Source: Sphingobacteriia bacterium
GTDB taxonomy: Bacteria; Bacteroidota; Bacteroidia; NS11-12g; UBA9320
NCBI GenBank assembly: GCA_008080835.1
Contig: VMDK01000043.1
Location: 1 to 58,853, forward strand
Direction: 5' to 3'
Length of the DNA stretch: 58,853 bases
The translations under genes were made by a program, and so were the position numbers. Under the pieces are notes generated by a model. It was not told the DNA's origin, did no database searches, and saw only the letters and a program-made list of their open reading frames with translations. Every line of letters starts with the position of its first letter. The first letter of the stretch is position 1. Below, in pieces: positions 44,614-52,306 of this stretch.

Positions 44614-46341
44614 TTAATCCGATAAAATTATAACGCGCTGAGCGAGCAGAACAGCGTTGTGCTCGTCGCCCAATACTGCAATATAGATCCCCGGAGAAAG
44701 GTCGATCGAAGTTGCGTTTGCCTTCATGACAGACAAGAGACGCCCATCTAATGTATAGAAAGTCACTTCACCTTCTACACCTGGCGCCCTGACTGCAGAA
44801 CCGTGAGTAGGATTCTCTGCTATGATGCGTGAGGCTTTCACCTCTTCCGGTTGAACACTACCAGTAGTCTTGCACATTGTGAGTGAAAAGACCTCATCTG
44901 CAAATGGACATAACAAACTCTCTCCTCTCGCCATGATATAGATCAATGCCCGTACGGCCGTGTCTTCAGGGTTAGTTGCTGCCATCCAAACGGAGTCTCC
45001 CTTGTTCGTATTCAGTGTGGCATGCTTCAAACTCCTCCACTCCACCAGAAATACATCTTTGGTCTTCACTTTCAAAGGCATCTCCACGTAATCTCGACAT
45101 ATGGAAGTATCGGGTGTTCGCCAAGTGAACTTTGGCGTAGCGGCAAGTTCCAAACCGATGGAATCGGTGGCATTGTACCCGTTGTAAGTGGTGGTGTAGA
45201 CTATACTACCTCGTTGCTTCAAAGTGCTCTCGGCTGGTTTCAATACATCCCCTTCGATCTTGAATATGTCGGAAGTCCATTTCCCGAGTGTAGCATAGCC
45301 TTTCGTGCGCAAGTGTATATCCTTGTCCTCGGCGCACATCTGATAAACCCCGTTTCTGAATATCGCTCCTAAAGCGCTTGGATCAATACTCGCGTTGAAG
45401 CTGTTGCTGATCCTGAAGAACACATACTTCTTTCCCTCACAACCTGAAGTATCAGTCATCGAATACACGAGTCGGTACTTCATGTTCGTGCTGTCTATGT
45501 ATTTGCTTGGAATACGGGACAGTTATAGCAACGAATCCTGCAGTGTGGTGCGTAATGCATCACCGGAACGAACTCCATCGATCGACCAGCTACCGCTACC
45601 TGGTTTTGGTTTCAACAGTTTGTTCAGATTTATGGTATCATTCCCCCACGAAAGCATTGCCGAATCGAACATTGAGATCGGTGTGGTTCTTATTGTGATC
45701 TTAGCTCGATCCTCATTGCTGCACCCAAATGCATTGGCGAAGTTCAATGTGAGATCCAGCTCCAAAGAATTGGACATACCCATGTCAAGATCACGAGCGC
45801 CTATGGTCAGGTAGTATTTATCAAGGCCATTGACTCCTTCGTATTTGTCCTTCAGGATCCGAGGCCAATACGCAGGACTGCAATTGTTACAGTACCATGC
45901 TTCTTTACCAAGATTGGGATTCGCCGGGATCAGGACAAGCTCATCATCCAGCCAGATGGTGTCTTCGGCTTGACACACGTTCAGGTCTTTCAACAACACA
46001 CGCGGCAGCATCTTCACCTGAACTCGCACCGAGTCCTTATATTGCTGATTGTTCGTGTCCGTTACCACCACATAGATATGGTCGTAGTAGTTCATTCCAC
46101 TGGCTGCAAAATCCAGCGCCTTTGTAGTGGTGGAACTCTTTGAGAGAAACGAACAAAATCCGGCGTTCCACTCGAGTTTGGAATAAGACCCTCCACTGAT
46201 ATTCACTTGCAGATCCAACGTGTCGTTCACACAGATCTCAAGATCCGAATCGGGTATGTCGACTTGAAGCTGTGCAACAGCTAAAAAAGAGCAAACAAGC
46301 AGGACGGCGGTGGTAAGAAGTGATCGCATAGGCGGTACCAT
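44614..46341 (-). pseudogene. T9SS-sorted surface protein interrupted by one in-frame TAA (45523-45525)
   Basis: The upstream ORF (45523-46341) has the signal peptide but no sorting domain. The downstream ORF (44614-45483) has no signal peptide but ends in a T9SS CTD-like tail (ENPTHG...VTFYTLDGRLL...GIYIAVL). They share a frame, with only one stop between them. Confidence 0.7.
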
Positions 46342-46461
46342 TAAGACGGAATCAGTCTGAGTTCGGTTGCCAACGAGCAGAAATACTGATCAACAGTTTG
46401 TTAAAGATTATCTAAAATGGAGCCTCGAAACCGATGCCAAAAATGATCTGACCAATAAATG

Positions 46462-46494
46462 AAAAAGGGAGATCGAAACCGACCTCCCTTTTTT
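46462..46494 (-). terminator. rho-independent (symmetrical, potentially bidirectional) terminator downstream of ppiD
   Basis: Perfect 10-bp stem AAAAAGGGAG / CTCCCTTTTT with a 12-nt loop. The GC core GGGAG/CTCCC is followed by a T-run on both strands. It lies 20 nt after the ppiD stop. Confidence 0.8.
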
Positions 46495-46513
46495 CTATTT
46501 CAAAATCTTATGA

Positions 46514-48655
46514 TCAAAAGTACTTGTAACGCTTGTCTTTGATCTCCGCTGCATTCTGCAATGCCTCTAGGATCTTCGCGTCAACAGTTCCCATGAATTC
46601 TCCGAATTTCTGCACTCGGATAGCTTCCGGATCGATGTCATCTCCTTTCGGAATAGAACCGGTAACCTGTAGAACATATACTCCGGTGTTTCCTGCAACC
46701 GGCTCAGACATTTCCTGCTCGTTCAGTCCAAACATCACTCCGACCAGTTCAGGATCGACACCGATACCTGGAATAGAGCTGGATGTGAATGAAAGAACCG
46801 GAATTGGTCGAACTGCAGTGTTCAGCGCTGAAGCAAGACTTTCAAGATCACTCGCTTTAGCTTTTGCAGCGGCAATTTGCTCGCTGAGGATCTCACCTTT
46901 CTTGTCTTTTAAGTATTCGATGGTAGCCGCATCGCGAACGTTCTCCAATTCCATGGTACCTTCTTCGAGGATCTCGGTACATTGTGCAACAACATAGCGA
47001 TCGTTCAGATCGAGAACGTCACTCACGTCACCGGTACGGGTATCGTCTTCGTACAACCAACGCACGATCGTGGTTGGCTCCTGAATACCCGGAACAACCT
47101 GGTTGTCTTCACGGATCTTCGTTCCTTCACGAACAGTATATCCTGCATTTTCAACGACCTCGTTGAAGTCCTTTCCTTGTTCTACCTGATATTGGATCTC
47201 AGCTGCTTCGCGTTCTGCAGCGCGGTCTGTCTCATTACCCGGAGTGATCGTTCTGTTCAGAACAGCAACTTGGACAGTCTTGCTGCTTTCATTGCTCGTC
47301 ACTTCCACAATATGAGCACCATCGCGCTCTTGAGAAATGAACACGCTACCATTTGCATTTGCAAATATCTTGTCGCGCAGTTCCTCAGATACCTTGAATA
47401 CCATCCCTTCTTTAGGCAACCATCCGAGGTCTCCGCCATTACGGCCTGTTCCATCGAGGTTACTTCTGGAAGCTTCTTCCCAGGTAGTTTCACCCGAACG
47501 GATCTCCGCAAGTTTTGCTCTGGCGTCAGCCAATGCTTTTGCTGTATCCTGGTCGGTAGCACCCATAACTGGAATGTGTATGTGACGAGCACGCTTTCGT
47601 GCGATACTGTCCTCGCTTACATCGGCGATCTTGTACAATGACCACACACCTTCCTGGTAGATCGGCCCGATCACTGTTCCTGAATCAGCAGCGAAGATCG
47701 CATCCTCTACATCTGAAGCGAAAGTTCCACGTGGCTTGTAAGCCGGATCAAATGGAGTTTCACTACGGTGGATATTCACGAATGTGCTGTCGTCTTTTGC
47801 CTTCTTGAAACGATCGACATAATCATACGCCCATTTGCGAACATTCGCTGAATCTTCAGAAGATGGGAAGATGTTCACTACCACGAACTTGATAGATCGA
47901 GATGCCTGCTGCTCAAACTTGTCAGGATGATCAGCAATGAATCTTCTGAGTTCTTTATCGTTGAACGTAATTGTTGAATCCGCGATCTGCGTATATGGAA
48001 GTCCAACAGCCTGAGCGCTGATCTCATTATCCTCACTCATGATGGCCTTGGCATCCAAAGTCGTATAGAATACACCACTTTTTACGTACTTATCGTATTT
48101 CTGAGCGACGATCTCCTCTTTGATAGGTTCCTCAAAGAACAGTAACCAACGCTTGCGCAGTTGGTCATCCTCCTGGATATCACTCTCGAGGAATTGGATG
48201 AAACGGTTTCTGTCGTAGGTCTTGGTCTCCGGATTCTGGAATGCATTTACGATTCGCTGATGCGGGATGTTCCCAACGGTCACATCACTGAATTCTTCTG
48301 CTGATAGAGTAAGACCCAATTCGTCATGCTGACTTTTCACGATCTTCTCGTTGACCAGGATATTCCATGCTTCTTCACGAAGTGATTTATCGTCGGGTAT
48401 GCGGTTAGGATCGTTAGTGATGTAAAGATCCCTGCGCTCATCCACTTTTGCCATGAAATCGTTGTAGTCGACCTTATCACCCGCGATCTCTCCGATGACG
48501 TTCTGTGTTTGATTGAACGCACTTGGACCACTCTTGAAAAGGTCCGTAAGTACGAATGCAAGCATCGCTGCACCGATTATCAAAAGCAGACATCCGGTCT
48601 GTCTTTGTATCTTCAGAATTACTCCGGTTTCCTCGTTTCTGTTCTTTGCTGCCAT
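46514..48655 (-). CDS. ppiD: periplasmic chaperone / peptidyl-prolyl isomerase PpiD-like
   Basis: N-terminal membrane anchor (GCLLLIIGAAMLAFVL), SurA-N-like region, and parvulin domain (ARHIHIPV...GGDLGWLPKEGMV). Confidence 0.85.
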   Translation of the reverse strand: MAAKNRNEETGVILKIQRQTGCLLLIIGAAMLAFVLTDLFKSGPSAFNQTQNVIGEIAGDKVDYNDFMAKVDERRDLYITNDPNRIPDDKSLREEAWNILVNEKIVKSQHDELGLTLSAEEFSDVTVGNIPHQRIVNAFQNPETKTYDRNRFIQFLESDIQEDDQLRKRWLLFFEEPIKEEIVAQKYDKYVKSGVFYTTLDAKAIMSEDNEISAQAVGLPYTQIADSTITFNDKELRRFIADHPDKFEQQASRSIKFVVVNIFPSSEDSANVRKWAYDYVDRFKKAKDDSTFVNIHRSETPFDPAYKPRGTFASDVEDAIFAADSGTVIGPIYQEGVWSLYKIADVSEDSIARKRARHIHIPVMGATDQDTAKALADARAKLAEIRSGETTWEEASRSNLDGTGRNGGDLGWLPKEGMVFKVSEELRDKIFANANGSVFISQERDGAHIVEVTSNESSKTVQVAVLNRTITPGNETDRAAEREAAEIQYQVEQGKDFNEVVENAGYTVREGTKIREDNQVVPGIQEPTTIVRWLYEDDTRTGDVSDVLDLNDRYVVAQCTEILEEGTMELENVRDAATIEYLKDKKGEILSEQIAAAKAKASDLESLASALNTAVRPIPVLSFTSSSIPGIGVDPELVGVMFGLNEQEMSEPVAGNTGVYVLQVTGSIPKGDDIDPEAIRVQKFGEFMGTVDAKILEALQNAAEIKDKRYKYF

Positions 48656-48821
48656 TCCGTTAAAAAATAGTCCGCAAAATAAGCGGTTTTACTGCGAAAA
48701 GTCAACGCAATTCCATGGAAGTGAGTTAAGGCTGAGATCGGGACCCATTTTGAACACTTAAAAAAGATCCTCAAAGGCGGAAAATGCAGTAAAATCAAGT
48801 GTTTCAGACGCAAGTGTCGTT

Positions 48822-50450
48822 TTACTGCAATGGATGCACGGTAGCATAATCCTTTTCTCCGAAGATGACCAGATAATTCCGCTTGCGCCATCCGCGGGGG
48901 ATCTCATCTCTCGTGTAGATCGTAGAAGGGTCGGCGAATTTGATATCCGTTTTCCCGATATTCTTCTCGTGAAACAGATTAATGCCCAGGTATTTTTCAC
49001 CTCCGAACAAGCGCTTTCGATACGTTTTCACATGCCAAAGAACTGAGGCGTCCCGGTACACAAAGAGATCCTTCCGACCTCTGCTTTTCTCCACAAAGTA
49101 GGACAAACGCTTTGGTCTAGGCTGTGGGGTTGGGGATTCGCCATATGACGAATACGCACATACGCGTGAATACCGATCGTATTCGGTCCATACCGCGCTA
49201 AAATGTCCATCATGCGCATCCAAGTCTATATAGTCTCCGGAGAAGAGGTCCTCTCCTCTTGGCGCGGTTGCTTCCCGACTGAGCCGGGTAAGTTTCCAGG
49301 TTTCTCCACCGTCGGTGCTGCTTGCCAATGTTGTATGGGTAAAGATGTTGAATGGGCATTCGCTGCGGTCCCTGTAGAGGACAAACAGCTCTCCCGTCCT
49401 TTGGTCTATGCATGCATTTGGCAAAAACTGGTCATTGGCGATCGTCGAATCAGCGGTACCTCTAACGACACGTGGCGTGCTCCAGGATTTTCCCCGATCA
49501 TCCGAATATGTGAACATCACATCTGCTCCGGTCTTCCCGCTAGTGTCACCATGCACAACATACAATCTTCCATCGTGCTCTCCCTGTGAATTATCCATGA
49601 GCAAGAATGGCATCCCGTTCGATCGGTGCACATGATCGATCTCCATGACCCAGCCCGACTTCTGCTCGGCGATGACCTTGTCTGTTCCCCAGGTTTTACC
49701 GCCGTCGGTGGAACGATCGAAGAATAGCTTGTTAAAACCCGCCCACACACAGTAGATATTCCCTTCACGGTCAACAGCTGTTGTAGCACCTTCCAGCGAT
49801 CTATCGTCGTCCATACTGCTACCTTCGACATCCGAGACCGTGACAGCCGGACTCCACACATCACCCTTATCCTTCCCTTCGCTGCGCGAAAAACGGATCC
49901 TGCTTTTGTACTTGCTCTTACTGTCATTGATCTTATCGAATTCTGTCCAGGTGAGATACAGGTTGCCTTTGAATCTGGTCGACCAATCGTCGCTCGACAT
50001 CCACGGTTTGTCTTGTTGCTTATCTCCGTTGAGGCCTACTCCAACTCCGGGTGTGTATGTCTTTCCTTGATTGTCGGAGCGTTGAACCACGATCCGATCT
50101 ATATACCCGTAGTGCTCCTCTTTGCCGGGTGTTCTCGACAAGTGTGTGTAATAGACAGAGCCATCCGGTGTGGCATGTAGCACCGGGTCGCCCCAAATTC
50201 CCAATGCACTACCCATGAGCATAGCATCCCATACATTTCCCGTATCAGCCGAGCGGTAGTAATGGTCAATATTGGCCGCAGCGATGCGTATGGATGGATC
50301 GGTTTTGCCGATGCAGGTGGAAGGTTCGTTGGGATAGAACTCGTTCCCGAGGGTATTCACTTGTCGGAGATATGCTTCTTGAGCAGAACCCTGAACCCAG
50401 GAAATGCTCAAGAGAAGTATAGAGATCAAACCTCGCATCCTGTTTATCAA
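48822..50450 (-). CDS. BNR/Asp-box repeat protein (sialidase-superfamily beta-propeller), secreted
   Basis: Signal peptide plus four Asp-box motifs (SDNQGKTY, STDGGKTW, SDDRGKSW, STDGGETW). Start overlaps the pyrC stop by 4 nt. Confidence 0.8.
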   Translation of the reverse strand: MINRMRGLISILLLSISWVQGSAQEAYLRQVNTLGNEFYPNEPSTCIGKTDPSIRIAAANIDHYYRSADTGNVWDAMLMGSALGIWGDPVLHATPDGSVYYTHLSRTPGKEEHYGYIDRIVVQRSDNQGKTYTPGVGVGLNGDKQQDKPWMSSDDWSTRFKGNLYLTWTEFDKINDSKSKYKSRIRFSRSEGKDKGDVWSPAVTVSDVEGSSMDDDRSLEGATTAVDREGNIYCVWAGFNKLFFDRSTDGGKTWGTDKVIAEQKSGWVMEIDHVHRSNGMPFLLMDNSQGEHDGRLYVVHGDTSGKTGADVMFTYSDDRGKSWSTPRVVRGTADSTIANDQFLPNACIDQRTGELFVLYRDRSECPFNIFTHTTLASSTDGGETWKLTRLSREATAPRGEDLFSGDYIDLDAHDGHFSAVWTEYDRYSRVCAYSSYGESPTPQPRPKRLSYFVEKSRGRKDLFVYRDASVLWHVKTYRKRLFGGEKYLGINLFHEKNIGKTDIKFADPSTIYTRDEIPRGWRKRNYLVIFGEKDYATVHPLQ

Positions 50451-51787
50451 TGATGTCGGTTAAATAAGAGTCGCTGTCCCATTTGAGCCTCGTTGAATGT
50501 ACCATTCTCGAAGGCGTGATGTCCGGAGACAAAGGTGTGTGCAATGCTGTGTCTGAATGTTCGTCCTTCAAACGGCGACCATCCGCATTTGTAAAATAGG
50601 TTGTCTTTCCCAACGGTTTGCGGCTTGTTCGGATCAACGACCACAAGATCTGCCCAGTATCCTTCTCTCACATAGCCACGGTCCACAATGCGGAACAACT
50701 CCACCGGTGCGTGACACATCTTTTCAACCATTCGCTCTACCGAGATCCTGCCGTTAGAAGCGTGTTCAAGCATCGCTTGCAAGCTGTGCTGAACCAAGGG
50801 CAATCCACTAGGTGCTTTCAGATAAGAATTGGCCTTTTCTTCTGCCGTATGCGGTGCATGATCCGTTGCTACCACATCCAATCGATCATCGAGAAGTGCG
50901 GCCCATAGCGCATCCCTATCGGAAGGGTCCTTAATTGCCGGATTACATTTGATCTTCGAACCCAGCGTATCATATTCTTCTGAGCTAAAGCTCAAATGAT
51001 GGACACAAACTTCTGAGGTGATCTTCTTTTGACTGAGTGGAATAGAGTTGTCAAATAACGCCAGTTCCTCCGCTGTGGTCAGATGCAGAATATGGATTCG
51101 CGTTCCATGCTTCTTTGCCATTTCAGCAGCAGTATGTGATGAAAGGTAGCAGGCTTCTCTGCTCCGGATTATCGGGTGCTGCCGCATAGGGATATCCTCA
51201 CCCCATTGGGCGATCGCCTTCTCGGTGTTCGCCTTTATGGTGGCCTCGTCCTCACAATGCAAAGCGATCAAGAGGTGACATTTAGAAAACACGTCATTCA
51301 GCGTTCGCTCATCGTCCACCAGCATATTTCCGGTGCTGGATCCCATGAAGATCTTGACTCCACAGACCTTTGACCCATCTGTTTTCAGGACTTCGTCCAA
51401 ATTGTCATTCGACGTACCCATGAAGAAACTGTAGTTGGCCAGGGAAGTCTCTGCCCCGATCCGGTATTTGTCTTCCAATTTTTCCTGAATGAGCGCAGGA
51501 GGTTTGGTATTGGGCATTTCCATGAAACTGGTGGTACCACCGGCTACTGCCGCTCTCGATTCCGTAAAGATATTTGCCTTGTGCGTAAGGCCTGGCTCGC
51601 GGAAGTGAACCTGATCATCGATCACTCCGGGCATCAGCCATTTACCTCCGAGATCCAAAACCTCAGCACTGTCATCAGATATGGAACCGGCGATCTTGGC
51701 GATCCTTCCGTCCTGGATCAACACGTCGCACTCCGTACGCTTTCCTTCATTTATAAGCAGACAATTGGTAAGTAGTTTTTTCTTCAT
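50447..51787 (-). CDS. pyrC: dihydroorotase (amidohydrolase superfamily)
   Basis: PGVIDDQVHFREPG metal-binding HxH context, and ATDHAPH. ~446 aa from the ATG at 51787. Confidence 0.85.
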   Translation of the reverse strand: MKKKLLTNCLLINEGKRTECDVLIQDGRIAKIAGSISDDSAEVLDLGGKWLMPGVIDDQVHFREPGLTHKANIFTESRAAVAGGTTSFMEMPNTKPPALIQEKLEDKYRIGAETSLANYSFFMGTSNDNLDEVLKTDGSKVCGVKIFMGSSTGNMLVDDERTLNDVFSKCHLLIALHCEDEATIKANTEKAIAQWGEDIPMRQHPIIRSREACYLSSHTAAEMAKKHGTRIHILHLTTAEELALFDNSIPLSQKKITSEVCVHHLSFSSEEYDTLGSKIKCNPAIKDPSDRDALWAALLDDRLDVVATDHAPHTAEEKANSYLKAPSGLPLVQHSLQAMLEHASNGRISVERMVEKMCHAPVELFRIVDRGYVREGYWADLVVVDPNKPQTVGKDNLFYKCGWSPFEGRTFRHSIAHTFVSGHHAFENGTFNEAQMGQRLLFNRHH

Positions 51788-51810
51788 GGCAAGGCAAATA
51801 GATTTGTGCA

Positions 51811-52245
51811 ATGGTCGACAAATTTAACATTCGTGTATATGGCTTGTGGATGGATGGCACGAAAGTTTTGATAGCTGACGAACAAATGCGTGGCCTTCAC
51901 ATGGTGAAATTCCCGGGAGGCGGTCTTCAGCATGGGGAAGGTCTGCACGACGGGCTTCGAAGAGAGTTCATTGAAGAGACCGGTCTGGAGATCGAGATCC
52001 AGGATCATTTCTACACCACGGACTTCTTCCAAAAAAGTGCCTTCAGTGATCGGGAACAAGTGGTTTCGGTCTACTACAGAGTGACTTCCAACATTGATGA
52101 GCTACCGAAAAAAACTGAAGTTGGCCAAGATCATAGCATTAGGTTTAAATGGCAAGATATCAGCGAGTTAAATGCTGACCTTTTAACCTTTCCGATCGAC
52201 CGACATGTGCTTACGCTGCTGAAAAAGACTCACTCCGCGAAGTAG
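51811..52245 (+). CDS. NUDIX hydrolase
   Basis: Nudix box GGGLQHGEGLHDGLRREFIEETGLE. Confidence 0.88.
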   Translation: MVDKFNIRVYGLWMDGTKVLIADEQMRGLHMVKFPGGGLQHGEGLHDGLRREFIEETGLEIEIQDHFYTTDFFQKSAFSDREQVVSVYYRVTSNIDELPKKTEVGQDHSIRFKWQDISELNADLLTFPIDRHVLTLLKKTHSAK

Positions 52246-52306
52246 TGCTGGGTGAATGATGGAAGTTGCTGCAGATATGTGTTAATTTGATGAGCAATCA
52301 TTCCCT

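Noticed and set aside
4999-45525. Stop-codon reassignment or programmed read-through as the explanation for the in-frame TAG/TAA codons
   Set aside because: TAA, TAG and TGA all terminate conserved housekeeping genes at their expected lengths: gmk with TAA, ftsH, purL and polA with TAG, yicC and E1 with TGA. I saw no conserved downstream read-through context or SECIS/PYLIS-like element. Mutation or assembly error is simpler.
40421-47641. Long antisense ORFs within kbl (40421-41092), ftsH (42230-42844), ppiD (46533-46997, 46982-47641) and, further on, aroE (55075-55632)
   Set aside because: The opposite strands encode unmistakable conserved proteins. These are shadow ORFs.
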